NCBI GenBank assembly: GCA_002793515.1
Contig: PFEU01000006.1
Span: 10,802 to 74,801, forward strand
Direction of reading: 5' to 3'
From: Candidatus Uhrbacteria bacterium CG10_big_fil_rev_8_21_14_0_10_48_16
GTDB lineage: Bacteria; Patescibacteriota; Patescibacteriia; UBA9934; GWF2-40-263
Length of the DNA: 64,000 bases
Below the pieces are notes generated by a model, which saw only the letters and a list, made by a program, of their open reading frames with translations, had not been told where the DNA came from and did not search any database. Made by a program: the position numbers and the translations under genes. Shown one piece after another: positions 8,939-19,908 of the stretch. Positions within the stretch are counted from its first letter, which is position 1. The number at the start of each line of letters is the position of its first letter.

Positions 8939-10714
8939 ATGGATCCAAAAGATGAAATTAAACAAAAGCTCGATATTCTCGATTTGGTAGGGGAGTATGT
9001 CGTGCTAAAACCTTCTGGTTCAACAGGATTTAAGGGGCTTTGTCCATTTCATTCTGAGAAGTCGCCTTCTTTTCATGTCTCCCAAGACCGCCAAAATTGG
9101 CATTGTTTTGGGTGTAACGAAGGAGGGGACTGTTTTAGTTTTGTCATGAAGATTGAGGGGATGACATTTCCTGAGGCTTTGATGCATTTGGGAAAAAAGA
9201 CGGGAGTTGAAATCCGTCGTTTGCCAACCACGCAGAGTAATGTGCGAGCGCGTATGCTCATGATCAATGATCTCGCTCAGAAGTTTTATCGCAAGGTGTT
9301 GTTAGAGTCTACGAAAGCAATTAGCGCCCGATCATACGTGACATCACGAAATATCCCTCCTGAGTTAGCAGATCGATTCGGGCTTGGGTTTGCTCCTGAT
9401 GAATGGGATACGCTTTCTCAATTTTTGTTGAAGAGAGGTTTTTCAGAAACAGAAATCGTACAGGCAGGGATGAGTTTGAAGCGAAAGAAGGGGACCGGAG
9501 TGATCGATCGTTTTCGCAATCGACTTATGATTCCTTTGCGTGATCACCATGGAAACACCGTTGGGTTCACTGGGCGAAGCATGCCCGGAGATGAGCAGGG
9601 GCCGAAGTACATGAACTCCCCTGAAACACCCGTGTATTCAAAAAGCCATGTGTTGTACGGACTTGATCTGGCAAAGCGTTCTGCGCGGGATGAGGGAAGT
9701 ATCATCATCGTCGAGGGGAACTTGGACGTGATTGCTTCTCATAAGGCGGGAGTTGAGCACATTGTGGCGTCCTCAGGAACCGCATTCACGCAGGATCAAC
9801 TCGAACTATTAAAACGTTATACACAGACCATTATTTTTGCGTTTGACGCAGACGCGGCAGGATTCAAGGCAGCAAAGAAGGGGATTAGTTTAGCCCGTGC
9901 GCTTGGGTTTGATATTCGTGCGGTAATTTTGCCGGATGGGGTGAAGGATCCAGATGATCTTGTTCAGAAAGATCCGTCTCTTTGGAAGAGTCTCGTGACG
10001 AGTTCTCAGCCAATCATGGAGTTTCTTATTTCTCAGATTACTCGCGGGAAGGATCTTCGAAATATCGATGATAAACGGTTTGTGGCAAAAGAACTTTTAC
10101 CGGCTTTAGGAGAGATGGTCTCCGTGGTCGAGCGAGAGCATTGGCTTCAAGTGGTCGCTGATCTTCTTCAAACACCTATTGATCAACTTCGTCCTTCCAT
10201 TCCTACGTCTTCGTTGGTTGAGGCGGTGGTGATTTCTGAAAAACCAAGTCCTATGGAGAAACAACTCTCGAAGGAAGAGAAGGCTCTGTGCTTGTTATTT
10301 GGTCAGATGATCTCATCAGAAGATATTTTTGATACATTTCGTAAGCGTTTAGAAAAAGTCTGTCATGGGAATGAAGCATGGATGACCCTTTACACATTGG
10401 CCTCTGACACGTATGATTCAGGAAGTCAACCAGCACAAAAATCATTTTTTTTGCGGATTCGGGACATGTTAGCCGGCCATCCAAAGCAAGATTCCCTCGA
10501 GGAACTTCTTGATTCATCATCATTTATGGCCGATGAGACATTTCAAGACTTACCGCCACAAAAGGTGTTGGAATATATCGACCATCTCTTTTCTCTGCTT
10601 GAAGAACATGCCCAAGGACAACGACGAGAAGTTCTTGCTCGCAACCTTCGACAGGCTGAAGCAATGGGAGACAAGGAGGCTGTCTCTCGCTTGCTCGCTC
10701 AATTAAACGAATAA
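8939..10714 (+). CDS. dnaG: DNA primase
   Basis: CHC2 zinc finger ([16 protein letters not shown]), [19 protein letters not shown] and FDADAAG. Confidence 0.97.
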   Translation: MDPKDEIKQKLDILDLVGEYVVLKPSGSTGFKGLCPFHSEKSPSFHVSQDRQNWHCFGCNEGGDCFSFVMKIEGMTFPEALMHLGKKTGVEIRRLPTTQSNVRARMLMINDLAQKFYRKVLLESTKAISARSYVTSRNIPPELADRFGLGFAPDEWDTLSQFLLKRGFSETEIVQAGMSLKRKKGTGVIDRFRNRLMIPLRDHHGNTVGFTGRSMPGDEQGPKYMNSPETPVYSKSHVLYGLDLAKRSARDEGSIIIVEGNLDVIASHKAGVEHIVASSGTAFTQDQLELLKRYTQTIIFAFDADAAGFKAAKKGISLARALGFDIRAVILPDGVKDPDDLVQKDPSLWKSLVTSSQPIMEFLISQITRGKDLRNIDDKRFVAKELLPALGEMVSVVEREHWLQVVADLLQTPIDQLRPSIPTSSLVEAVVISEKPSPMEKQLSKEEKALCLLFGQMISSEDIFDTFRKRLEKVCHGNEAWMTLYTLASDTYDSGSQPAQKSFFLRIRDMLAGHPKQDSLEELLDSSSFMADETFQDLPPQKVLEYIDHLFSLLEEHAQGQRREVLARNLRQAEAMGDKEAVSRLLAQLNE

Positions 10715-10751
10715 GCGCCATCGTGCGCCAATTTTTCATTCAGTTTTGCGT

Positions 10752-12050
10752 ATGCCGACCAAAAAATCTGGCAAAGCCCAAAAAGGGTCCGCTGGAAAGA
10801 CAACTAAAAAGGCCGTAAAGAAGGTTCCTATGAAAACGAAACCTTCGGGAAAGAAAGCGACGAAAGTTGTCGTGAAGAAAAAAACAGCTCCAGCAAAATC
10901 TGCAAAAAAGATTGTTGCTCCGGTAAACGTCAGAGGTCCAAAGGTTCGTTATAAGCGTGCCGAAGCTCCTTCTCAAGACATTCTTGATCGATTGGTTCAA
11001 AAGGGAATGCGTCGTGGATACATTACCGAGAATGAACTGTTGTTTACGTTTACACAGATCGAAGATTACTTAAAAGAATTTGAGGATTTTCTTGACGAGC
11101 TCGAACGTGTTGGAGTGCATTTTGTAGAAGTAAAAGAAGGTATTTTAGGACGGGCCAAGGAACGTGATGATGTGTATGAGAAGATCCGTATGAGCGAAGA
11201 TGCTCGTCGGGTTCCGTTACCTGAAATTACGCAGGATTCGATTCAGATGTACTTGAGGGAGATTGGAAAGATTCCGCTTTTGACCGGTGAGCAAGAGGTT
11301 GGATTGGCGAAACGAAAGGAACGAAACGAGAAAGAAGCGGAACGACGTCTGATTGAAGCCAACCTTCGATTGGTTGTCTCGATTGCGAAGAAGTTTGTGG
11401 GAAAGTCCATGTCTCTTCTGGATCTTATTCAAGAAGGAAACATCGGACTCTTTCGTGCGGTCAAAAAGTTCGAATATCGAAAAGGCTATAAGTTCTCAAC
11501 GTATGCGACGTGGTGGATCCGTCAGGCGATTACGCGTGCGCTTGCCGATCAATCTCGAACCATTCGTATTCCGGTTCACATGGTTGAGACGATCAACAAG
11601 TTTCAACAGATTGAGCGTCAGCTCATTCAAGACCTAGGTCGTGAACCACTGGCAGAAGAAATTGCGGCCGAGATGGGGCAACCCGTTGATAAGGTCCGTC
11701 ACATCCGAAAGATTTCTCAGGATACGGTTTCGCTTGAGACGAGTGTGGGAGATGATGACGAGGATTCAAAACTGGAAGATTTCCTTGAAGACGTCAAAAC
11801 TATTTCTCCAGACAGAAATGCTGCACGAGAACTTTTGAAGGATTACGTAAACCAGTCCATGCAGGAGCTCACTCCGCGTGAGCAAAAGATTCTTGAAATG
11901 CGTTTTGGATTAATTGATGGAGTCAGTCATACCCTCGAGGAAGTTGGTCGAGAGTTTGATGTGACGCGCGAACGTATCCGTCAGATTGAAGCCAAGGCGT
12001 TGGAAAAGATCCAAGCCAATCCTCTTATCGAAAAGTTGAGAGATTATTAA
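10752..12050 (+). CDS. rpoD: Primary sigma factor RpoD with Lys-rich N-terminal extension
   Basis: [62 protein letters not shown]; follows dnaG. Confidence 0.97.
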   Translation: MPTKKSGKAQKGSAGKTTKKAVKKVPMKTKPSGKKATKVVVKKKTAPAKSAKKIVAPVNVRGPKVRYKRAEAPSQDILDRLVQKGMRRGYITENELLFTFTQIEDYLKEFEDFLDELERVGVHFVEVKEGILGRAKERDDVYEKIRMSEDARRVPLPEITQDSIQMYLREIGKIPLLTGEQEVGLAKRKERNEKEAERRLIEANLRLVVSIAKKFVGKSMSLLDLIQEGNIGLFRAVKKFEYRKGYKFSTYATWWIRQAITRALADQSRTIRIPVHMVETINKFQQIERQLIQDLGREPLAEEIAAEMGQPVDKVRHIRKISQDTVSLETSVGDDDEDSKLEDFLEDVKTISPDRNAARELLKDYVNQSMQELTPREQKILEMRFGLIDGVSHTLEEVGREFDVTRERIRQIEAKALEKIQANPLIEKLRDY

Positions 12051-12052
12051 AG

Positions 12053-12080
12053 AAAACAGGCCTTCGGGCCTGTTTTTTGT
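12053..12080 (+). terminator. Intrinsic terminator after rpoD
   Basis: AAAACAGGCC-TTCG-GGCCTGTTTTTT. Confidence 0.9.
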
Positions 12081-12154
12081 TTGACCAGATAAACATCTTA
12101 TGGCAGGATGCCCCCTCGTAGCATCATGTTGGTGCTCGAGCAAGGGAGAAGTCG

Positions 12155-13264
12155 ATGAAGTCTCATACGCTGGCGTTTTTGACACTGTTCGCTGTCGCTG
12201 CTGTTGCTGTCGCCCTGTGGGGTACCAACAACGATCCGCACCGTGACGCGGTGACCCCTTCGGAAGTGCTCATGATGGTGTGCATCGAGGGGGAGGAGTG
12301 CACGATCCAGATCGGTGACCGAAGCCTCGAAGACCTCGAGGACCTCACGGGTCAGGAGATCTACGCCTTCGCCCAGAAGTTCGATCACGACTGGCGGGAG
12401 AACTCGCAGTCCCAGGTCGAGCCGTTCTTGCTCGCGAATCTCTACCTGGTCGCAGGACAGGACTTCGCGCCGGCCTACGTGAGCTACAACGCTCTCATCA
12501 GTGAGATGCTTCAACGCCATCCCAACGACGTCGAAGTGTATGGAGCGCTCCACATCCTGACCATCCAGGAGTGGGTGGCCTCTCGGTCCCCCCAGATCAT
12601 CGAGGGGATGCAGAAGCTTTACGTGCACGGCAAGGAGCGCCTGGAGGCTGAGGGCTTCGACACGTCTCGTCGGTACCAGGCGGGCGATCAACCTCTTCTT
12701 CGCACGCTTGCGTGCGGGGAACACGTGCCCTGCGTGCTCGCACTCGCCACGCTGGCGGATCAACTTCAGACTTCAGATCGGGGTCTGTGGGCGATGCACT
12801 CGGGGGATGCCCTGATGTCATGCCACACGTGTGGCGACGATCCGGTGACGCTCGAGGAGACCATCTACGATCCATCGTCGGCATGGTTCTTCTACCATCT
12901 CGCTGGTCTCTCTGACGCAACCAAGGCATCCGAGGAGATGGCCAACATCACGCTCACGGCTTCGCTCATGATCGAGCCCTTCAAGGAGCTCAGCGTCTGT
13001 CAGAGGGTCTACGTGACCGACCTGCAGGCGACCCACTCCGTCCATGAGCTGGTGGATCTCTCCATCGCCTGGCAGAGGGAGGCTGGGATCAATGCGCTCC
13101 AGGGGGGAGAACTCCTCCGTCGGGCGGCTGACCTTGCCGAGCAGAACAGTCGGCCTGATGTTGCGGTCATCATCCGCGAGCATCTGCAACCGGTCGAACC
13201 TGAGTACAAGAACCCTTCCTGGGTGCTTCCTGAAGCAGGGACTCCCATCACCTTCGACCTCTAG
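12155..13264 (+). CDS. GC-rich orphan exported/membrane-anchored protein
   Basis: 369-aa ORF with N-terminal hydrophobic helix, G/C-ending codons, GGGAG SD, candidate TTGACC-17-CAGGAT promoter and terminator at about 13279-13305. Confidence 0.75.
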   Translation: MKSHTLAFLTLFAVAAVAVALWGTNNDPHRDAVTPSEVLMMVCIEGEECTIQIGDRSLEDLEDLTGQEIYAFAQKFDHDWRENSQSQVEPFLLANLYLVAGQDFAPAYVSYNALISEMLQRHPNDVEVYGALHILTIQEWVASRSPQIIEGMQKLYVHGKERLEAEGFDTSRRYQAGDQPLLRTLACGEHVPCVLALATLADQLQTSDRGLWAMHSGDALMSCHTCGDDPVTLEETIYDPSSAWFFYHLAGLSDATKASEEMANITLTASLMIEPFKELSVCQRVYVTDLQATHSVHELVDLSIAWQREAGINALQGGELLRRAADLAEQNSRPDVAVIIREHLQPVEPEYKNPSWVLPEAGTPITFDL

Positions 13265-13340
13265 TCTAGGTCGACGCGCCGTCACTTCGTGGCGGTTTTT
13301 TCTTTGCGCCAGCCTTATTTTTCGGTATAATAGTGCCACT

Positions 13341-15167
13341 ATGAAATTACCTCGTCGCTGGTGGCTGTGGGCCATCTCTCTCTTCGTCATTGGAGTTATT
13401 GGATATGCCGTTTTGAAACCGGAAGTACCGGTTGCGTATGTCACAGAAGTAGTTGAGCGTGAGGATCTCGTGCAAACCGTTGATGCAAACGGAGAAGTTG
13501 TGTCGCTTGATGAAGTTGATCTTTCGTTCGATCTGTCTGGAACCGTTGCTTCGATTTTTGTGCGTGTGGGGGATGCGGTTGGCATCGGCGACCTTCTTGC
13601 GATTCTTGAGACAAACGAATTATCCGCAGATGTTCAAAGTGCCTATCAAGCCGTGCAAATCGCTCAGGGAAATCTTGATGCGCAGAGAGCCGGGTCTTCT
13701 GAGGAGACGATTGCTATTTCGCAAGCCTCTTTGTCTTCGGCAGAAGTGGCCTATGAGAATGCCTTCGCGTTGAGGGACTATGTCGAGACCGTTTATGATG
13801 CGGATGTGCGTGTGCAAGCGACGGCCCTTACAACCGCTTCAGATAACCTCTCTCAGACCCTGGTAGAAAATGATTATGTGATTTCTGATGCGTATGACGA
13901 TCTTCTTGGGTCCGTATGGGCTGGGGTGATTGAAGCACGAAGTGCGTATGCAAAAGGGGATGAGATTTTAGGGGTCTATAATTCGACGTTGAATGATGAT
14001 TATCAAAATCTTCTTTCTGCAGGGAACGCTTCTGCGATCGAATCTGCAAAGACGTTGCTCATCTCGCTTCATACGGTTCTTCCTTCCGCGGAGGATGCTG
14101 TTATCTCTGCACAATCCGGATCTTCTAGTGCGATTGCTCTGGCAGCAGAAGAAGTTGATACGGCTCTTGCTGACTCGGCGATGATGTTGCTGTACATTCG
14201 ATCTGCTGTTTCGGCAATGCCCGCAACAGGAGACTTAAGTGTGAGCGAGGCAACAGCTCTTGCGACCTCAATCGATACCGCTCGATCAGCGGTTCAAGCT
14301 GATCAGATTGCTCTCACAACAGCTCTTCAATCTGTGCAAGATGCGCTAACGACATCAAGCGAGAATCTTGAAGATGCCCAAAACGCCTTATCTCAAGCTC
14401 AAGCGTCTTATGACGCAACGGTTGCGACACGGAATTATCAAATCATCATGGCGGATCAAGCGATTTCTTCTGCTGAGTCTGTGCGAACGCTTCGAGAAGC
14501 GGAGCTTGCGCAGGCACAAGCTATTCCACGAACGGTTGATCTTGCGTCGTATGAGGCAGATGTCGCACGAGCACAAGCATCCTATGCCTCAGCCCAAGCA
14601 CGTCTTGCAAAAGCGGAAATACACTCACCGATCATCGGAGACATTACAGATATTACGATTGAACCTGGAGAACAGGTTATGGCATCGAATGCGATTATTA
14701 CGGTTCAGACGACCCAAGAACAATTCGAGATTATCGCAGATGTGAGTGAGTCTGATATTGCCAAGTTGGAAGTGGGAGATGTTGCCCTTCTGACGTTCGA
14801 TGCCTTTGGATCCTCTCGCGCACTGAACGGGACGGTACGTAAAATCGATCCAGCAGAGAAACTGATTGAGGGGGTTGTCTATTATGAGGTTATGGTGTCG
14901 TTGGATGTGGTTGATCAGGAGCTCGCCTTGCGTCCAGGTCTGTCGGCGGATCTCATTTTTACGACAAACTTTGTTGAACAAGCGTTAACTGTTTCCCAAC
15001 GCGCCCTATTTGAACGAGAAGATGTGATGTATGTTCGTGTGCTTAGAGATGGGGAACCAGAGGAACGAGCGGTTACGACAGGTCTTCGTGGAGACCTCGG
15101 TCGTATTGAGATACTTTCAGGTCTTGAAGTCGGTGAAGAAGTTATTATTCGTGAACTCACGCAATAG
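13341..15167 (+). CDS. Efflux periplasmic adaptor (MacA/HlyD-like) with long coiled coil
   Basis: N-terminal TM, LSFDLSGTV...VGD.V, IHSPIIG.I, LRPGLSAD, GLEVGEEVI; start at ATG 13341 after TATAAT. Confidence 0.88.
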   Translation: MKLPRRWWLWAISLFVIGVIGYAVLKPEVPVAYVTEVVEREDLVQTVDANGEVVSLDEVDLSFDLSGTVASIFVRVGDAVGIGDLLAILETNELSADVQSAYQAVQIAQGNLDAQRAGSSEETIAISQASLSSAEVAYENAFALRDYVETVYDADVRVQATALTTASDNLSQTLVENDYVISDAYDDLLGSVWAGVIEARSAYAKGDEILGVYNSTLNDDYQNLLSAGNASAIESAKTLLISLHTVLPSAEDAVISAQSGSSSAIALAAEEVDTALADSAMMLLYIRSAVSAMPATGDLSVSEATALATSIDTARSAVQADQIALTTALQSVQDALTTSSENLEDAQNALSQAQASYDATVATRNYQIIMADQAISSAESVRTLREAELAQAQAIPRTVDLASYEADVARAQASYASAQARLAKAEIHSPIIGDITDITIEPGEQVMASNAIITVQTTQEQFEIIADVSESDIAKLEVGDVALLTFDAFGSSRALNGTVRKIDPAEKLIEGVVYYEVMVSLDVVDQELALRPGLSADLIFTTNFVEQALTVSQRALFEREDVMYVRVLRDGEPEERAVTTGLRGDLGRIEILSGLEVGEEVIIRELTQ

Positions 15168-15170
15168 ATC

Positions 15171-15887
15171 ATGGACAAGCCTTTGATCCAATGCGAAAAC
15201 CTCACGCGTGATTACGTAAATGGGGATGTGACAACACGTGCATTACGTGGGGTGAGTTTTCAGATTCAGGAAGGGGAGTTTGTGGCGATTATGGGGCCCT
15301 CTGGTTCTGGAAAGTCGACCTTCATGCATGTGCTTGGATTTTTGGATACGTATACGAATGGGTTGTATACCTTTGAAGGAGAAGACGTTCGAGCGTTTAC
15401 CGAGGATGAACTCGCAAAGTTTCGCCAAGATCGCGTGGGGTTCATTTTTCAGGCTTTTAATCTTTTAAGTAAGTCCACGGTGTATCAAAACATCATGCTT
15501 CCGTTGGTATATGGATCATTGACCCCAGATGAACGGAAGAAGCGTACCGTGAACGCCATTAAACAGGTTTCCATGGAGCATCGTCAGAATCATTTTTCGA
15601 ACCAATTATCTGGAGGGGAAAAGCAACGTGTGGCGATTGCACGCGCACTTGCGAATGAACCTTCCGTCATTTTTGCGGATGAACCGACTGGAAACCTGGA
15701 TACAAAAACGGGAGGACAAATTTTAGATCTCTTGGGAGATCTGCATGATCAAGGACATACGATAGTCATGGTAACGCATGAGCAGGAGGCCGCTGAATAT
15801 GCGTCGCGTATTATTCGCATGCGAGATGGGCTTATTGAGTCAGATTCCTCAAATGGAAAGAAGCGTAGAGGGGGCTATTCAAAATAG
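15171..15887 (+). CDS. ABC transporter ATPase (MacB/LolD-like)
   Basis: [33 protein letters not shown]. Confidence 0.95.
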   Translation: MDKPLIQCENLTRDYVNGDVTTRALRGVSFQIQEGEFVAIMGPSGSGKSTFMHVLGFLDTYTNGLYTFEGEDVRAFTEDELAKFRQDRVGFIFQAFNLLSKSTVYQNIMLPLVYGSLTPDERKKRTVNAIKQVSMEHRQNHFSNQLSGGEKQRVAIARALANEPSVIFADEPTGNLDTKTGGQILDLLGDLHDQGHTIVMVTHEQEAAEYASRIIRMRDGLIESDSSNGKKRRGGYSK

Positions 15888-15898
15888 ATTTGCTAAGT

Positions 15899-17140
15899 AT
15901 GCGATACCAAGATCTTTTTGCCACAGCATCAGAGTCCCTCTTCCGTACAAAATCGCGTTCTCTTTTAACGATTCTCGGGATTGTAATTGGGATTGCTGCC
16001 GTGATCCTGATGCTCTCGATTGGGCAAGGCGCAGAACGATTTATTTTGTCCGAGGTCGCTGATCTTGGAGCTGACCTTGTTTTTGTAGAACCTGCGAGTG
16101 GAGATCCTACGTCTGGCCCCCCAAGTCCATTTATCGAGCAAACCATGACGCTTCAAGACGCGGATGAAATGAGCCGATCAGGCTTGTTTACGGTTGTCTC
16201 ACCTACACTTGTGAGCACGGTCCCCGTGACCTTTGGAGAAGTGAATGACTTTCTTCAAATTCAAGGGGTAGATAGTTCATTTATTGATCTCTTTCCAGGG
16301 GAATTGCGATATGGATCATATCTTGAAGAATCGGATATTGATTCCTACGCAAAGGTGGCGGTCATCGGAAGCGAGGTTGCCGAAGATTTTTTCGGAGATA
16401 GAAATCCGGTTGGGGAGCGCATTAAGATCAAATCAAATTCGTATCGAGTCATTGGGGTTTTTGAAGAACAAGGCACACGTTTTTTTCAGAATCTTGATAA
16501 ACAAGTGAGTATTCCTGTTACGACGATGCAACGGGATGTCTTGGCAGTGGAATACGTCAATTATATTACGGCTCGTGTCCCTTCTGGAGCTGAGATAGAA
16601 AACGTGAAGGAGGATCTTCGGTATTTGATGCGAGATGTTCACGATATAGATAATCCAGAAGGCGATCCGGCGCTCGATGACTTTTTTGTGAGTTCACAAG
16701 ATGATGCAACCGAGACCATCGGCATGGTGGGGAACGTCCTGACGATTCTGTTGTCATCTATTGCGGCAATTTCTTTGGTGGTGGGAGGAATTGGGATCAT
16801 GAATATTATGCTGGTTTCTGTGACAGAACGTACCCGTGAGATTGGATTACGAAAGGCTGTTGGAGCTACGTATAAAGAAATTCTCCAGCAGTTTCTGGTG
16901 GAATCTGTTTTACTTACCTTATTTGGGGGGCTTATCGGGGTGCTTGTCGGTTCACTTGTTTCGTATGCGGTGGGGTGGGTATTAGTTCAGTTTTTTCTTC
17001 CGACATGGACCATTGTTATTCCCTTAAATGCGGTATTTTTAGGGGCAGCTGTTTCCACGGTGGTCGGTCTTGTATTTGGGATCTATCCTGCGCGAAGTGC
17101 TGCGCGATTAAATCCCATTGATGCTCTGAGATACGAATAG
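15899..17140 (+). CDS. ABC transporter permease (MacB-like)
   Basis: RSLLTILGIVIG; VGGIGIMNIMLVSVTERTREIGLRKAVGA; PARSAARLNPIDALRYE. Confidence 0.95.
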   Translation: MRYQDLFATASESLFRTKSRSLLTILGIVIGIAAVILMLSIGQGAERFILSEVADLGADLVFVEPASGDPTSGPPSPFIEQTMTLQDADEMSRSGLFTVVSPTLVSTVPVTFGEVNDFLQIQGVDSSFIDLFPGELRYGSYLEESDIDSYAKVAVIGSEVAEDFFGDRNPVGERIKIKSNSYRVIGVFEEQGTRFFQNLDKQVSIPVTTMQRDVLAVEYVNYITARVPSGAEIENVKEDLRYLMRDVHDIDNPEGDPALDDFFVSSQDDATETIGMVGNVLTILLSSIAAISLVVGGIGIMNIMLVSVTERTREIGLRKAVGATYKEILQQFLVESVLLTLFGGLIGVLVGSLVSYAVGWVLVQFFLPTWTIVIPLNAVFLGAAVSTVVGLVFGIYPARSAARLNPIDALRYE

Positions 17141-17160
17141 ACTCTTTTTTGATAAAACGG

Positions 17161-17189
17161 TTGACAAAATACCCAAAATAGGGTATTTT
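17161..17189 (+). promoter_or_regulatory. Sigma70 promoter overlapped by an inverted repeat
   Basis: TTGACA-17 bp-TATTTT; AAAATACCC-N6-GGGTATTTT spans the spacer. Confidence 0.55.
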
Positions 17190-17247
17190 TTCTTGTTCAT
17201 ATCGGGGAAAAAGCCCTGTGTGACACGTTCCTTCCACGAGGTGAGAC

Positions 17248-19053
17248 ATGAAGTACCTGTTCCTTCTCCTGCTGACGGCCCTGATCGGCTGTCAGTCCTC
17301 GAGTGACCGCGAGGTCGCTCAGGAAGTCACGATCAAGGCGCCCGCTCCGGCTCCGCGCGCTCCCCGGGTCGACGAGACCTTCATGAACGAACGTCACGTC
17401 TCGGCGTGGCGCGCTGAGATCGCGGTCGCGATCGAAGAGGATGCTTCGACCGTCCACCCCCGCGACATGTGGCGCTACACCAGTGAGTTCCGCATCGGTG
17501 GCAACGGTCCGGATCCCTACATCGGCGACCCCGATGTCTGGAGCCCCACCTGGACGCCGTTCGATCACCAGGCCACCACCGACGCCGACGTCACCCAGAC
17601 CATCGAAGAGGCCAAGCGCCTCGAGATGATCGACCAGAAGTGGCCGTCTGCGCAGATCTACGCCCAGCTCGGTGACATGGCCTCCGCCAACCGCTGTGCC
17701 AAGAAGCTCTTCGACGAGGGGAGCTACAAGGCCTCCGCCATGGTGGCAGTGCTGACCGGCGACGAGGCCATGATGAAGGCTTCGACCACCAAGATGATCG
17801 AGCTCGACTGGACCACCAAGACCGTCGAGGTCATCCAGTACGCGGTCGAGATGGACAAGCCTTCGGACGCGCGCTTCATTGCAGAGGTCCACGGCTGGGA
17901 ACTGAGCAACGTCCTGAGTGGCAATGAGCTTCGTCGCATGGCCCTCGCCGGCGACGATGAGATGCTCGTCTTCCTCATCGAGAACGGGCTCAAGGTCTGG
18001 GAATCCGGTGACACCTGGGCGATCAGAGATCACACGGGCGTCGTCGCGGACATCGCGATCCTGGGCAAGACCAACACGGTCAAGGCCCGCGAGTACGCCG
18101 GACGCTTCCTGCGGATCCCGCAGGCGAACGTCTTCATCTGGGATCACTGCGGAGAGGGCTGTTACCTTCAGCCCGTGCGGGGCTCCCTCGAGCTCTACCA
18201 GCTCGTGAAGAGCGATGCGGTCCTTCGGGAGCTCTACTTCTCCCACATCCGCCAGTGGTTCGTCGACACGTTCCCGGCGGAAGCCCGAGTCGATGCGGGT
18301 GATCCCGTGACGCTCGGTGCCCCCGAGTTCCTTCGGGGATTCGGCCTGGACATGTGGGGCAGGGACGGTGGGTACAGGCCGAGCAACCTGCTCTTCACCT
18401 ACCTCTGGCAGGTGCGCCAGTCGGGTGACCCTGAGCTGAAGGCCTTCTGGGTCAAGATGATCGACGCCCTTCCGACGGCGACCAGTGATGATGGCTCGTT
18501 CGCCTTCGAGCGCGAGTTCGGGCGCTACGTCCTCGGACTCCCGTTCAACGCGAGCAACACCAACCTGAACGGGGGCGAGCAGATCGCGCTTGCGACGCTC
18601 CAGGGTCGCCCGGCGCCGGACATGTCTGGCGTCTGGACCATGTGGGGAATCAACCCCCCGCTCGGGTATGAGATCGAGCAGATGAGCTGGCTCTTCCAGT
18701 TCCTGGTGCGCGGGAGCACCTCTTCCGCGCGCGAACAGGAGATCATGGCCGAGCTCGAGCCGATCGAAGGGTTCTCCTTCCAGTTGCAGTTGGTCAACCA
18801 GTTCGGCTCCGCCTTGGAAGCCCACTACGGGACCAACTACAGGGTCGAGGGTCGCCTGAAGTCTGCTGGGAACGCTGTGCGTCTCAACCAGAGCGCCCAG
18901 GCACAGCGCGTCGACCTCGGCCTCCCGCCGATCGACCTCTACCCCGACACCGAAGCCGAGCTGACCGAGCTCCTCGCCCCGAGCCTTGAGCTCATGGCGC
19001 AGAAGCTCCCGGCTCGTCACGCCCGGTTCACCAAGGGGGACATCACCCCCTGA
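17248..19053 (+). CDS. GC-rich orphan lipoprotein
   Basis: 601 aa; signal MKYLFLLLLTALIG|C; GAGGTG SD; 25 of the first 30 codons after ATG end in G/C; terminator CCGACC..GGTCGG-TTTTCTTTTT at 19081-19116. Confidence 0.8.
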   Translation: MKYLFLLLLTALIGCQSSSDREVAQEVTIKAPAPAPRAPRVDETFMNERHVSAWRAEIAVAIEEDASTVHPRDMWRYTSEFRIGGNGPDPYIGDPDVWSPTWTPFDHQATTDADVTQTIEEAKRLEMIDQKWPSAQIYAQLGDMASANRCAKKLFDEGSYKASAMVAVLTGDEAMMKASTTKMIELDWTTKTVEVIQYAVEMDKPSDARFIAEVHGWELSNVLSGNELRRMALAGDDEMLVFLIENGLKVWESGDTWAIRDHTGVVADIAILGKTNTVKAREYAGRFLRIPQANVFIWDHCGEGCYLQPVRGSLELYQLVKSDAVLRELYFSHIRQWFVDTFPAEARVDAGDPVTLGAPEFLRGFGLDMWGRDGGYRPSNLLFTYLWQVRQSGDPELKAFWVKMIDALPTATSDDGSFAFEREFGRYVLGLPFNASNTNLNGGEQIALATLQGRPAPDMSGVWTMWGINPPLGYEIEQMSWLFQFLVRGSTSSAREQEIMAELEPIEGFSFQLQLVNQFGSALEAHYGTNYRVEGRLKSAGNAVRLNQSAQAQRVDLGLPPIDLYPDTEAELTELLAPSLELMAQKLPARHARFTKGDITP

Positions 19054-19281
19054 CACGCGCGTACGCCACGTACGCCACGCCCGACCTCTCCCTGTGAGCG
19101 GTCGGTTTTCTTTTTGTGAAAATAAGCGTAATTTGGATGTATGGAGTAGTTTGCAACGATCTTGCATTCATATCGATATACCTAGTGCAAGGTCGACAGG
19201 ATCTCAGACTCACGGTACGAAACTAAACTCTTAATTGCCGTGAGTCTCGAAATCCACAATAATTTGTAACATTGAAGCGAT

Positions 19282-19908
19282 ATGGAAGAACATCTGGTTG
19301 CGAATGCACAATCAGACCCATCCGCATTCGGGCGATTGTACGATACGTACTATCAACCCGTTTTTGGGTTCATGTATAACCGGTCTGGAAACGCGGAACT
19401 TGCAAAAGATCTGACAAGCGAAACATTCTTTCAAGCCCTTAAAAATATTCATCGCTATAAACCTCGAAAAGGTGCGAGTTTTAAATCTTGGCTCTTTGCC
19501 ATCGCGGTTGCTCAAGTAGGAAATTATTACAGGAGTCGTTCAAAATATCTTGAAGTCACAACAGACGAAGCTCCAGAGCTTATTGGACGAGAGGATTTTC
19601 GACCAGATATTGCGTATCAAATGGGGGAGGATGAAGTGGCTCTAAAAGAGCAGATCAATCTGTTGCGAAGGATGATGAGTAAGCTCAACCAGCGACAGCA
19701 GACGATTTTGACTCTGCGCTATTTTTCCCATATGACGATCCCTGAGATATCGGCGACGGTTAATATGAAAGAGGGGACGGTGAAATCACACATTCATAGA
19801 GCGATAAAAAAACTTCAACTACTCATGCTCCAGGAGGAGGAACCAACAACCGTAAACGAGGTCGTTTCCTCACCAAAAAAATATGTCCCACAAACTGCCC
19901 AACATTGA
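19282..19908 (+). CDS. ECF-family RNA polymerase sigma factor
   Basis: AFGRLYDTY, AKDLTSETF, FKSWLFAIA, EISATVNMKEGTVKSHIHRA. Confidence 0.92.
   Translation: MEEHLVANAQSDPSAFGRLYDTYYQPVFGFMYNRSGNAELAKDLTSETFFQALKNIHRYKPRKGASFKSWLFAIAVAQVGNYYRSRSKYLEVTTDEAPELIGREDFRPDIAYQMGEDEVALKEQINLLRRMMSKLNQRQQTILTLRYFSHMTIPEISATVNMKEGTVKSHIHRAIKKLQLLMLQEEEPTTVNEVVSSPKKYVPQTAQH

Noticed and set aside
13044-13340. N-terminal extension of the efflux adaptor ORF; similar upstream extensions at 3298, 26397, 30920, 35471 and 48803
   Set aside because: They overlap neighbouring genes or terminators; downstream ATGs fit the family N-termini and often follow a -10 box.
17197-19167. 656-aa antisense ORF, plus antisense ORFs over 12098-13585
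   Set aside because: Shadow frames caused by high GC3 of the plus-strand genes, which carry the signal peptide, SD and terminator.
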